Positions 1 to 9,551 of a DNA stretch of 64,000 nucleotides are shown here, piece after piece. The stretch is taken from the NCBI GenBank assembly GCA_934177725.1, contig CAKPPO010000005.1, positions 94 to 64,093 of the forward strand. Reading direction: 5' to 3'. This DNA comes from an uncultured Clostridia bacterium. Its GTDB lineage: Bacteria > Bacillota > Clostridia > TANB77 > CAG-508. Each line of letters opens with the position of its first letter. The first letter of the stretch is position 1. The notes beneath the pieces are model-generated. The model saw only the letters and a program-made list of their open reading frames with translations. It was not told the origin of the DNA and searched no databases. The position numbers were made by a program, and so were the translations under genes.

Positions 1-131
1 ATATTATTTATACGAACATTTTTTCTTAGTACTGTATGCCTTTATAAATTAAACAAACTAAAAATACTACAAAGGTTTATAGGTAAAACCTTATTTAAAA
101 ACCTAAATATTTATGCAAAGAGTGAAATTAA

Positions 132-1464
132 ATGGATATTCTTGAAAAACTAAAAATATTAGCAGATTCAGCAAAATATGATGCTTCTTGTAGTTCTTCT
201 GGAAGCAAACGTTCAAATACAAAGGATGGAATTGGAAACGGAGATGTTTCTGGCATTTGTCATAGTTGGCGGAGCTGATGGCAGATGTATTTCTCTTCTT
301 AAAATTCTAATGAGTAATGCCTGCATTTATGATTGTAAATATTGTATTAACAGATGTACAAACTCTGTTAAAAGAGCTACCTTTACTCCTAGAGAAATTG
401 CTGACTTAACTATTGCCTTTTACAAACGTAATTATATAGAAGGTTTATTTTTAAGTTCTGCTGTAATCAAAAATCCTGACTACACAATGGAACGTTTATA
501 TGAGGCAATTTTTATATTAAGAAAAGAATATAATTTTAATGGTTATATCCATGTAAAAACTATTCCTGGTGCAAGTAAAGAATTAATTGATAAATTAGGG
601 CATTTAGTAGATAGAACAAGCATTAACATTGAACTTCCTTCTAATGATAGCCTAAAACTTTTAGCCCCACAGAAAGAAAAAGTAGGAATTCTAACTCCTA
701 TGCAATATATTTCAAAGGAGATAAGCATTTCTAAACAAGAAAAATCAAAATATAAAGAGAAATTCGTGCCAGCAGGTCAAACTACTCAATTAATTGTAGG
801 TGCAACTCCTGAAACAGATTTAAAAATTATGAAATTGTCCGAAAGTTTATATAATAAATTAAGTTTAAAACGTGTTTATTATTCCGCCTATGTTTCTATT
901 AATGAAGATAGCAATTTACCTGCTCTTTCTTCTCCTCCTCTTCTTCGAGAAAATAGGCTTTACCAAGCAGACTGGCTTATTCGTTTTTATGGTTTTAAAA
1001 TTGACGACTTATTAGACGAAACTCATCCAAATTTTCATACTATGTTAGACCCTAAATGCGATTGGGCTCTTCGTAACCTGCAATATTTTCCTGTAGAAAT
1101 TAATAAAGCTGACTATAATACTTTATTAAAAGTTCCGGGAATTGGTGTTATTTCTGCAAAACGTATTATTACTGCAAGAAGAGAATTTAATTTAACTTTT
1201 GAGAATTTAAGAAAACTTGGAATTGTACTAAAACGTGCTCGTTACTTTATTACTTGTAATGGAAAATATTATGACCCTATTAAACATTTTAACGAGAATT
1301 TTATTGCTCAAAATCTACTTTTTTTAGAGCGCACATCCACATCTTCTTTAAACTATGTGCAAACTTCTTTATTTGATAATATTTCAAATGCAGATAATTT
1401 CATTTTTGACGCACTTTCACCAACAAAGGAGGACAAACAAAAATGTTTAACTGGAATACTATAA
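132..1464 (+). pseudogene. radical SAM DNA modification/repair-type protein (TIGR03916-like), reading frame interrupted near nt 270
   Basis: ORF 178-1464 carries the CIYDCKYC (CxxxCxxC) motif. The ATG at 132 opens a different frame encoding MDILEKLKILADSAKYDASCSSSGS...GICHSW, which looks like the family N-terminus, and that frame stops at TGA 276-278. The continuation ADGRCISLLKIL lies in the next frame. Confidence 0.6.
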
Positions 1465-2201
1465 ATAAAACTTACGTATATGATGGCTCTTTTGAAGGGC
1501 TTCTTAATATTGTTTTTAATTGTTATATAAATAAAAATATACCTTTAAAAATTATAGAAAAAAGTAATTTAGAAATAAGTTTTTTAGATGAAATTGAAGA
1601 GCAAATAACTAATTATGAACATTCTGATAGAATATTTCATGGAATTATTAAAAATATTTCTCATGATACTTTATATAATAGTTATTATGCTTTTCTTTCT
1701 AATATCCAAAATAAAGAGATTAATATTGTAAAATATCTTTTAAATGGTTTTGTTATTGGTCCTAAAATTGATACTATGCTTTCTATAGATTTTGTATTTG
1801 CTGTACATTCTATGAGAAAAAAAATGTTACATGAAGCTCATAAATTTAAAGGTCTCCTTCGCTTTGTTCAAATAAAAGAAAATTTATTTTATGCTTCTAT
1901 TCATCCTGATAATAATATAATTGAAAATTTAGGGCATCATTTTATAAATAGATTACCTACTCAAAATTTTATTATTCATGATAAAAATAGAAATATTGCA
2001 TTTATTTATAATACTAAAGAATATAAAATAATTGATAATTTTTCTTTGCCATCTTTTACTATTTCAGATGAAGAAAAAAAGTATCAAGAATTATGGTCTT
2101 CCTTTTTTAAAACTATTGCTATTAAAGAAAGGACAAATAAAAGACTTCAAATGCAATATATGCCTAAAAAATATTGGCAAGACTTAGTAGAACTAAACTA
2201 A
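1443..2201 (+). CDS. probable DNA metabolism protein (TIGR03915/DUF4130-like), usual partner of the upstream radical SAM gene
   Basis: 252-aa ORF overlapping the upstream gene by 22 nt (operon-like). The size and pairing match the known two-gene cassette. Confidence 0.6.
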   Translation: MFNWNTINKTYVYDGSFEGLLNIVFNCYINKNIPLKIIEKSNLEISFLDEIEEQITNYEHSDRIFHGIIKNISHDTLYNSYYAFLSNIQNKEINIVKYLLNGFVIGPKIDTMLSIDFVFAVHSMRKKMLHEAHKFKGLLRFVQIKENLFYASIHPDNNIIENLGHHFINRLPTQNFIIHDKNRNIAFIYNTKEYKIIDNFSLPSFTISDEEKKYQELWSSFFKTIAIKERTNKRLQMQYMPKKYWQDLVELN

Positions 2202-2329
2202 CCTTTTTAATATTAAATGTTCTTTAGTTTAATTTATAACTTTTATCAAAAATTAAATCAAATTATAAGCTACTACTTAAAACTATTGATTTTAATAGAA
2301 AAAAATGCTTGACAAAAATCGACATAAAA

Positions 2330-2358
2330 TTGCATTTTATATTATTTTGTGCTATAAT
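2330..2358 (+). promoter_or_regulatory. sigma-A type promoter, TTGCAT-17-TATAAT with TG extension
   Basis: TTGCAT at 2330-2335, TGcTATAAT at 2350-2358, about 50 nt upstream of the 2408 start. Confidence 0.4.
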
Positions 2359-2407
2359 TAATATGTAAGTTTTTTTACAAATTAATTATAATACGGAGGA
2401 AAATTTT

Positions 2408-3364
2408 ATGCTTACATTTGTAAACTTTAATGCTCGGCAATTAGCCACGACAAATGGTTTTAATAGGAAAATCAACAAAATAGCTGAAAGTTTAGGAATC
2501 GAAAAGGTATTATACTCTGAAATCATTAATATTGAAGATTTTAGTTTAGATGTTCTTCTTATTGATGAAAGAATGTATTTTCACAAAATACATTTATATT
2601 CTAATTTAGCTGCAAAAATGCTAAATGAAGAATTCAGTAAAGTACTTGATTCCCTTGGAATTTCTAACACAATGCCACATTTAGATGTATCTGCTGTTTC
2701 TAAGGATTGTAACCTTATTGAAGAAATCAATTCTATATTAAGCAGAGCAATGGAACTTCTCAACGTTGAAAATTCTTCAAATATTGATCGACTTGAAAAT
2801 AGTTCATCTTCTCAATTTGGAGTCAACCTTGAACATTTTTCCTATAAAGATGTGCATACTGCAGTAGAACCTTTAGTAAAAGATTTCATACTTCATCTTT
2901 ATAACTTTAAAATAATAAATCTTACTAAAACATCTATTGAGGTACTAGCAATAACTTCGGAATGTAAATTGTTTCAATATACTATCCAGGTTAGTAGTAT
3001 ATATTCCAATTTTATTAATCGCTACATTTCAGCTATACTTCCCTATGAGTATTTCATAGAAATGAAGCGTAATCTTAAAAATCTTGACTTTTCAGCTGCA
3101 TTAAAAGAAACCTTTCCAATTTATAAGTCTAAAAAAGAAAAATTAGATACTTGTGGTTTTTTAACATTTCTTTTAAATACTTATAAAAAGGATATAAAAG
3201 GTGAAGGTTCTGGTAATGAAGGATTAAAGAACTTTCATAAGTTTTTCTTTGATACCTGTGCTACGAAAGACGAAGCTATGTCAAAGATTAGATCTTGCTA
3301 TATGGAGGCTAAAACCTATGAACAAAAAAAGCAATTGCCATCCAATGAAGAAGGGACTACCTAA
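2408..3364 (+). CDS. hypothetical protein (318 aa), no recognisable motif
   Basis: Long ORF preceded by GGAGG 8 nt upstream, with its own promoter and terminator. Confidence 0.55.
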   Translation: MLTFVNFNARQLATTNGFNRKINKIAESLGIEKVLYSEIINIEDFSLDVLLIDERMYFHKIHLYSNLAAKMLNEEFSKVLDSLGISNTMPHLDVSAVSKDCNLIEEINSILSRAMELLNVENSSNIDRLENSSSSQFGVNLEHFSYKDVHTAVEPLVKDFILHLYNFKIINLTKTSIEVLAITSECKLFQYTIQVSSIYSNFINRYISAILPYEYFIEMKRNLKNLDFSAALKETFPIYKSKKEKLDTCGFLTFLLNTYKKDIKGEGSGNEGLKNFHKFFFDTCATKDEAMSKIRSCYMEAKTYEQKKQLPSNEEGTT

Positions 3365-3385
3365 TTAGGTAGTTCTTTCTTTGTA
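3354..3385 (+). terminator. hairpin terminator containing the stop codon of 2408-3364
   Basis: Perfect 18-nt palindrome ACTACCTAATTAGGTAGT (3356-3373) followed by a T-rich tract. Confidence 0.5.
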
Positions 3386-3535
3386 TATTTTTATTTTTTT
3401 TTGGAAAAATATCTACTGTTAAGAATTATATAGTTTACGTTTACTTTTTGGTTTCTGTAAACCTAACCTTATAAATGCTATAGTCCAAATAGATAAATCT
3501 TTACGATTAAATTCATTTTAGAAAGGAGTATATTT

Positions 3536-3862
3536 ATGGCAGTAGATTATACAGTTATTGGTGAAAGATTAAAAAAAGCTAGAAAAGATAAACATTTAAC
3601 ACAAGAGCAATTAGCAGAAAAAATTGATGTTTCTATTGCATTCTTAAGTAGAATAGAAAGAGGTAGTTCACAAATTAACTTAAAAAGATTAAGTCAAATT
3701 TGTCAAATTTTGGAGGTTACTGAAGGTGATATTTTAAATGGATCTTCAAGTAAATCTACAAAATATTTAAACTCAGAATTTGCTGATCTATTAAGAAATT
3801 GTTCTACTCAAAAACAAAAACTAATTTATGATATAGCTAAAGTAATTGCTGAAAATAAATAA
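3536..3862 (+). CDS. XRE-family helix-turn-helix transcriptional regulator
   Basis: N-terminal HTH signature LTQEQLAEKIDVSIAFLSRIERG. RBS GAAAGGAG upstream. Confidence 0.85.
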   Translation: MAVDYTVIGERLKKARKDKHLTQEQLAEKIDVSIAFLSRIERGSSQINLKRLSQICQILEVTEGDILNGSSSKSTKYLNSEFADLLRNCSTQKQKLIYDIAKVIAENK

Positions 3863-3980
3863 AAAACCAGAATTAAGATTTTGTACGCAGTGTAAACTGC
3901 TACAAAATCTAATTTCTGCCATATTTATCTTCTACAGAAAGTTATCATACTATGATAACTTTCCTAGAATATAAAAAAGT
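3862..3980 (+). repeat. R-element copy 1 (hairpin 1, conserved linker, hairpin 2)
   Basis: 18-bp stem 3868-3885/3901-3918 with loop cgcagtgtaaactgc, linker CCATATTTATCTTCTACAGAAAGTT, and a 12-bp perfect stem 3937-3948/3952-3963. Matches the copies at 19716-19828 and 43095-43185. Confidence 0.65.
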
Positions 3981-4236
3981 AAAAAGAATCTCTATTTTTA
4001 AATGAACTTAATTATTAGATAAAAAATTCTACTAATAAACATTCATTATAATTTAAAGATTCTTTTTTTATTTAGAATTTAAACTATTTATCTAATTTGA
4101 TATATGGTTATCTGTAAAATTCACCTTATTTATGCTATTTTTATAAAATAACGAAATTATTAATTTTCATGATGTATCAACATTTATAAATTTCATTTTT
4201 CGTTAATTATCTTCTAATTAAGAAAGGGTGGTTTTT

Positions 4237-4563
4237 ATGGCAGTAGACTTTAGTATTATTGGAAAACGTATTAAAGAAGCTAGAAAGAGAAAAGGATTAA
4301 CACAGGAGAAATTAGTAGAACAGATGGATGTCTCTATTGCCTATTTAAGTAAAGTAGAAACTGGGAAAATACATATTAATTTGGAAAGATTATCTCAAAT
4401 ATGTAATATTTTAGATGTTACTGAAGGTGAAATTTTAAATGGTGTTTCTAACAATTCTGAAAAATATTTAAATAATGAATTTAATAATCTATTAAGAAAA
4501 TGTTCACCAAAACAGCAAAAATTGATTTACAATATATTAAAAGTTATTTTAGAAGAAAATTAA
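4237..4563 (+). CDS. XRE-family helix-turn-helix transcriptional regulator, paralogue of 3536-3862
   Basis: MAVDFSIIGKRIKEARKRKGLTQEKLVEQMDVSIAYLSKVETG aligns along its whole length with the upstream paralogue. ATG 4237 is preferred over GTG 4228, which lies inside the RBS. Confidence 0.85.
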   Translation: MAVDFSIIGKRIKEARKRKGLTQEKLVEQMDVSIAYLSKVETGKIHINLERLSQICNILDVTEGEILNGVSNNSEKYLNNEFNNLLRKCSPKQQKLIYNILKVILEEN

Positions 4564-4588
4564 TTTTTATTATTTTATAGGCAAAATG

Positions 4589-4616
4589 CACAGGAATTAT
4601 CTCCTGTGTATTTTCG
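4589..4616 (+). terminator. rho-independent terminator after the second XRE gene
   Basis: CACAGGA-attatc-TCCTGTG followed by TATTTT. Confidence 0.5.
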
Positions 4617-4787
4617 ATTTACTGAATTCCAGCATTTTCTACATTTATAAAAATTTATTATTGTTTATAAAGCAATATTTTCCATCATTTTTCACTAAAA
4701 AATTCTTGAAAAAAGCATCATTCTATGTTACTATAAAAATGTATATTGTAAAAAATTAACTAATAATAAAATAAGGAGGATTTATTT

Positions 4788-7022
4788 ATGAAATTCAAGC
4801 AATGGGAAGGATTTAATATTCTTGGAGAATGGACAAAAGAAATTGACGTAAGAGGGTTCATTCAAGCAAACTATACTCCATATGATGGAGACGATTCTTT
4901 CTTAAAAGAACCAACAGAAAGAACTAAAAAATTATGGGATGAAGTTTTAGAACTTTATAAAAAAGAAAGAGAAAATGGAGTACTTGATGTAGATACAAAA
5001 ACTCCATCTGCAGTAAATGCATATGATGCAGGTTATATAAATAAAGAATTAGAGCAAATTGTAGGTTTGCAAACAGACTCACCTTTAAAAAGAGCTATTA
5101 TGCCAAATGGTGGTATCAAAATAGTAGAAAAATCTTGTGAAGCTTATGGATACAAAGTAGATGAAGAAACAGACTACATCTACAATAATTTAAGAAGAAC
5201 TCATAATGATGGTGTATTTAGCGTATACACTCCAGATATTAGAGCTGCAAGAAGTTCTCACTTAATTACTGGTCTTCCAGATGGATATGGACGTGGAAGA
5301 ATTATTGGTGATTATAGACGTGTTGCACTTTATGGTGTAGATGTTTTAATCGAAGAGAAAAAACATGAATTAGAAATATTAGATGTAGATGAATTTACAG
5401 AAGACGTTATTCGTGAACGTGAAGAAATTCATGACCAAATAAAAGCTTTAGAAGATTTAAAGAAAATGGCTGCAAAATATGGATTTGATATTTCAGTTCC
5501 AGCTTCAAATGCTAAAGAAGCTATTCAATGGTTATACTTTGGATATTTAGCTGCAACTAAAGATCAAAATGGAGCTGCTATGAGTTTAGGTAGAACTTCT
5601 ACTTTCTTAGATATCTACATTCAAAGAGATTTAGAAAATGGAAGTTTAACTGAAGAAGAAGCTCAAGAATTAATGGATCATTTTATTATGAAATTACGTA
5701 TGATTCGTTTCTTACGTGCACCAGAATATAACGAACTATTTAGTGGAGACCCTGTTTGGGTAACTGAAAGTGTTGGTGGTATGGGTGTTGATGGTAGAAC
5801 TTTAGTTACTAAAAACTCTTTTAGAGTTTTACACACATTAACAAACTTAGGTCCTGCCCCAGAACCAAACTTAACAGTTTTATGGTCTGAAAGATTACCA
5901 GAAAACTTTAAAAAATATACTGCTAAAATTTCAGTAAAAACATCTTCTATTCAATATGAAAATGATGACTTAATGAGAGTAACATTAGGAGATGACTATG
6001 GTATTGCATGTTGCGTATCTGCAATGAAAATCGGTAAACAAATGCAATTCTTTGGTGCTAGAGCAAACTTAGCTAAAACTCTTCTTTATGCTATTAATGG
6101 TGGTAGAGATGAAAAAACAGGAAAACAAGTTGCTCCTAAATATGAACCAATTACTTCTGAATATTTAAATTATGATGAAGTTATGGAAAAATTTGACGTT
6201 ATGATGGACTATGTTGCAAAAATATACATTAAAGCATTAAATGCTATTCATTATATGCATGACAAATATTCATATGAAGCATTAGAAATGGCTTTACATG
6301 ATAAAGAAATTTTAAGAACTATGGCATGTGGAATTGCAGGACTTTCAGTAGTTGCTGATTCTATATCTGCTATTAAATATGCTAAAGTAAAGGTTTTAAG
6401 AGATGAAACTGGACTAGCTGTAGATTATGAAGTTGAAGGAGACTTCCCTAAATACGGAAATGATGATGACAGAGTAGATAGTATTGCTGTAGATATAGTA
6501 AAAACTTTCTTAGGAAAACTACAAAAACATCATACTTATAGAAATTCAAAACATACATTATCTATTTTAACTATTACATCAAACGTAGTATATGGAAAAG
6601 CAACAGGAAATACACCAGACGGAAGACGTGCTGGAGAACCTTTTGGACCAGGTGCAAACCCATTACATGGTAGAGATACAAATGGTGCAGTAGCAGTTAT
6701 GAATACTATTGCAAAATTACCTTATGAATATTCAGAAGATGGTATTTCATACACATTCTCTATTACACCAGGAACTTTAGGAAAAGAATTAGATACACAA
6801 GTAAATAATTTAGTAAGTTTACTTGATGGATATTTTAAACAAACAGGACATCACATTAATGTTAACGTATTTGATAGAGCACTACTAGAAGATGCAATGG
6901 AACATCCTGAAAAATACCCACAACTTACAATTCGTGTATCTGGATATGCAGTAAACTTCATTAAATTAACAAGAGAACAACAATTAGACGTAATTCATAG
7001 AACAATACATGAGAAATTTTAA
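4788..7022 (+). CDS. pflB: formate C-acetyltransferase (pyruvate formate-lyase)
   Basis: 744 aa with active-site GIACCVSAM and the C-terminal glycyl-radical motif [11 protein letters not shown]. Confidence 0.97.
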   Translation: MKFKQWEGFNILGEWTKEIDVRGFIQANYTPYDGDDSFLKEPTERTKKLWDEVLELYKKERENGVLDVDTKTPSAVNAYDAGYINKELEQIVGLQTDSPLKRAIMPNGGIKIVEKSCEAYGYKVDEETDYIYNNLRRTHNDGVFSVYTPDIRAARSSHLITGLPDGYGRGRIIGDYRRVALYGVDVLIEEKKHELEILDVDEFTEDVIREREEIHDQIKALEDLKKMAAKYGFDISVPASNAKEAIQWLYFGYLAATKDQNGAAMSLGRTSTFLDIYIQRDLENGSLTEEEAQELMDHFIMKLRMIRFLRAPEYNELFSGDPVWVTESVGGMGVDGRTLVTKNSFRVLHTLTNLGPAPEPNLTVLWSERLPENFKKYTAKISVKTSSIQYENDDLMRVTLGDDYGIACCVSAMKIGKQMQFFGARANLAKTLLYAINGGRDEKTGKQVAPKYEPITSEYLNYDEVMEKFDVMMDYVAKIYIKALNAIHYMHDKYSYEALEMALHDKEILRTMACGIAGLSVVADSISAIKYAKVKVLRDETGLAVDYEVEGDFPKYGNDDDRVDSIAVDIVKTFLGKLQKHHTYRNSKHTLSILTITSNVVYGKATGNTPDGRRAGEPFGPGANPLHGRDTNGAVAVMNTIAKLPYEYSEDGISYTFSITPGTLGKELDTQVNNLVSLLDGYFKQTGHHINVNVFDRALLEDAMEHPEKYPQLTIRVSGYAVNFIKLTREQQLDVIHRTIHEKF

Positions 7023-7038
7023 AACTAAAGAGAGCCAA

Positions 7039-8004
7039 TTAATGGCTCTCTTTAAATTTACTTATTTTATCTATATATTCCATATCTTCCATTTTATTAA
7101 TTGCAAAACATTTCTTTCCTAAATCTTTTAGTGATGCTCCACAATGATACATTTCTTTATTATCAATTACAATAAATCTATCATGAAATTTGTTTGTATA
7201 TGCTAATTTTAAATTAGCATATTGTTTATTAAATTTTTGAATATCTAATTTTGTTATATTACAATTTTGTGAAGTTAATATAACTACTTCTACATTCTTA
7301 TTTTTCTTTGACAACATTTTCAAAATATTATCATCTATGTAGTTATCAATAATTAAAATCTTATTTTTTGCTTTTTTTATAATATCTATTATTAAACTAT
7401 ATGCATCATAAATTTGCCCATCAAAAAATATTTTTTGTTTAAATTCTTTCTCTTCATTTTTTTGTAATTCGTCAAAAACTTTTTCAAACTTTTTTTCATG
7501 GTCTGTTAACATTTTATTTTGTTCTAGTAATTCGTATTCTACATTTGTTAATCTCTCAAATACTTGTCCATTATTTAGTATAAACTTTCGCATTTCTATA
7601 AAAGCCCTCATAATTCTTATACTAACTTTTATTGCTATATCACTTTTCAATAATGCTGAAAGCATTGCAATTCCTTGTTCTGTGAATACATATGGCAGAT
7701 ACCTTCTTCCTCCATAGCTTTGTTTTTCAAAACTTGAGGTGACAATTTGGCACCTCAAGTTTTGAAATTCTTTCTCTGTTAACTGAAAACAAAATTCTTT
7801 TGGAAATCTTTCGCTATTTCTTTTTACTACTCTATTTACATATTTTGTTTCACATTGATATAGCATAGCCACATCACTATCTATCATCACTTGTTTCCCT
7901 CTTATGTTATAAATCAAACTTTTAATATTTTCTGTTTCATTATTTACTATATTTAATTCTTCGTTTATTGGCGCAATATTATTTTTTTCATTCACAATTA
8001 TCAC
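7039..8004 (-). CDS. ORF6N-domain DNA-binding protein with a PLD-like C-terminal domain
   Basis: IRGKQVMIDSDVAMLY...VKRNSERFPKEFCFQLT...GGRRYLPYVFTEQGIAMLS is typical of the ORF6N domain. The C-terminus has HDRFIVID...YHCGASLKDLGKK. Confidence 0.7.
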   Translation of the reverse strand: MIIVNEKNNIAPINEELNIVNNETENIKSLIYNIRGKQVMIDSDVAMLYQCETKYVNRVVKRNSERFPKEFCFQLTEKEFQNLRCQIVTSSFEKQSYGGRRYLPYVFTEQGIAMLSALLKSDIAIKVSIRIMRAFIEMRKFILNNGQVFERLTNVEYELLEQNKMLTDHEKKFEKVFDELQKNEEKEFKQKIFFDGQIYDAYSLIIDIIKKAKNKILIIDNYIDDNILKMLSKKNKNVEVVILTSQNCNITKLDIQKFNKQYANLKLAYTNKFHDRFIVIDNKEMYHCGASLKDLGKKCFAINKMEDMEYIDKISKFKESH

Positions 8005-8079
8005 ATCCTATTTCAAAGTTTCGTTTATTATGAAACATTTGTTTTGTTGTGTCAAGTGCTTTTACTTTTTTCTCTTCTA

Positions 8080-8130
8080 CAGAAATTAAATTTTGTATCA
8101 GTTTACACTGCGTATAAAATCTTGATTCTA
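8080..8130 (-). repeat. R-element hairpin 1 only, inverted relative to copy 1
   Basis: The reverse complement reads TAGAATCAAGATTTTATA-cgcagtgtaaactga-TACAAAATTTAATTTCTG. This is near-identical to 3868-3918, including the loop. Confidence 0.55.
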
Positions 8131-8196
8131 TTTTTTGTTGTATTTTATAATTTTTTATAGTAAAATGGTTAAGATATTATTATATGGAGGATTTAT

Positions 8197-8907
8197 ATGG
8201 AAGGAAGAATTCATTCATTTGAGAGTTTAGGAGCAGTCGACGGTCCAGGTGTTCGATTCGTAGTCTTTATGCAAGGCTGTAGCTTAAAGTGCAAATATTG
8301 TCAAAATAGAGATACTTGGAATTTAAAAGGTGGTACTACCTATTCTAGTGATGAAATTGTAGAAAAAATTTTGAGATATAAAAATTACATTATGCCAAAT
8401 GGTGGAGTTACTATAAGTGGAGGTGAACCTTTGCTTCAGACTAAATTTTTAATTGAACTTTTTACTAAATTAAAGAAGTATAATATTCACACATGTATAG
8501 ATACATCTGGAAGTGTAGTTTTAACAGATGAAATAAAAGAGTTAATTGATTTAACTGATTTATTTTTATTAGATATAAAATGTATAAATGATGAAAAGGC
8601 TATTAATTTGACTGGTGTTTCTAACAAAAAAGAATTAGAATTTGCCAGATACTTAAGTAATATTAATAAACCTATGTGGATTAGACAAGTTTTAGTTCCT
8701 GGCTATACTGATGATGAACAAGATTTGATTAAATTAAGAGAATTTATTTCTACTTTAAAATTTGTAGAAAAAGTGGAAGTTCTTCCTTATCATGATTTAG
8801 GAAAGTTTAAATGGGAACAACTTGGCGAAGTTTATCCTCTAGAAAATGTTAGAACTGCAAACAATGATGATGTAAAAAGAGCAAAAGAAATATTAGAGAT
8901 ATCTTAA
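8197..8907 (+). CDS. pflA: pyruvate formate-lyase activating enzyme (radical SAM)
   Basis: GCSLKCKYCQN cluster near the N-terminus, 236 aa, adjacent to pflB. Confidence 0.95.
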   Translation: MEGRIHSFESLGAVDGPGVRFVVFMQGCSLKCKYCQNRDTWNLKGGTTYSSDEIVEKILRYKNYIMPNGGVTISGGEPLLQTKFLIELFTKLKKYNIHTCIDTSGSVVLTDEIKELIDLTDLFLLDIKCINDEKAINLTGVSNKKELEFARYLSNINKPMWIRQVLVPGYTDDEQDLIKLREFISTLKFVEKVEVLPYHDLGKFKWEQLGEVYPLENVRTANNDDVKRAKEILEIS

Positions 8908-8955
8908 AATATATAAAAAGGAGCTACCTATTTAGATAGCTTCTTTTTTTCTTAG

Positions 8956-9372
8956 TTACCACCTTGACGGGTCTGCAATTGGAATAACTTTTGATAAGAT
9001 TGGCTGTCCTAATACGTTAATTCCTTTTTCAAAGTAGATATCATCAAAAAAATATGTTTCTCTTGCAAGTTCAACAAACAGATTTTTAATTTTACCCATA
9101 AGCATCTCTTTTCCAGGTAAATCAATTTTAATTATAGCATCACATAAAGATTTTTCAAATGCTATGGCTGCAATTCCACCTATTACTTTGTTATTTTTTA
9201 GAATAACAAAGTATAAATTAGGTTCATCATCTTTTCTCTGTGTAACATTCTTTTTTACAGCTGTATAAAACATGTTACGCTTTTGAGGTGAATAATTGAA
9301 TTTTGCAATATAACTTGCTACATCTTTTGCCTGCATTGTCCGTATAACAATATCATCTTTTTTTATGCTGTA
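8956..9372 (-). CDS. hypothetical protein, possibly GNAT-fold
   Basis: Start moved to MYSIKK (ATG 9372), which follows AGGAGG. The longer ORF-track start has no RBS. The function is a weak guess from size and pattern. Confidence 0.4.
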   Translation of the reverse strand, partial: YSIKKDDIVIRTMQAKDVASYIAKFNYSPQKRNMFYTAVKKNVTQRKDDEPNLYFVILKNNKVIGGIAAIAFEKSLCDAIIKIDLPGKEMLMGKIKNLFVELARETYFFDDIYFEKGINVLGQPILSKVIPIADPSRW

Positions 9373-9551
9373 CATATTTTTTCCTCCTGTATATTTTACT
9401 AAGAATATCATGTATGTAACTACTAATATATAATAACATATTTTATGTAAATTGTCTAGTTTTTTAGAAGTAATCAATAAATTTGGAGTACCAAAATTAT
9501 ATAACTAATTTTTTAATACTCCAATTTTTTATATTTTTATTATTGTAAATA

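Noticed and set aside
3430-8090. TACAGAAA/TTTCTGTA as a shared operator linking the XRE promoters and the R-elements
   Set aside because: An AT-rich 8-mer of this composition is expected several times by chance in 64 kb of this DNA on both strands. The occurrences are not significant on their own.
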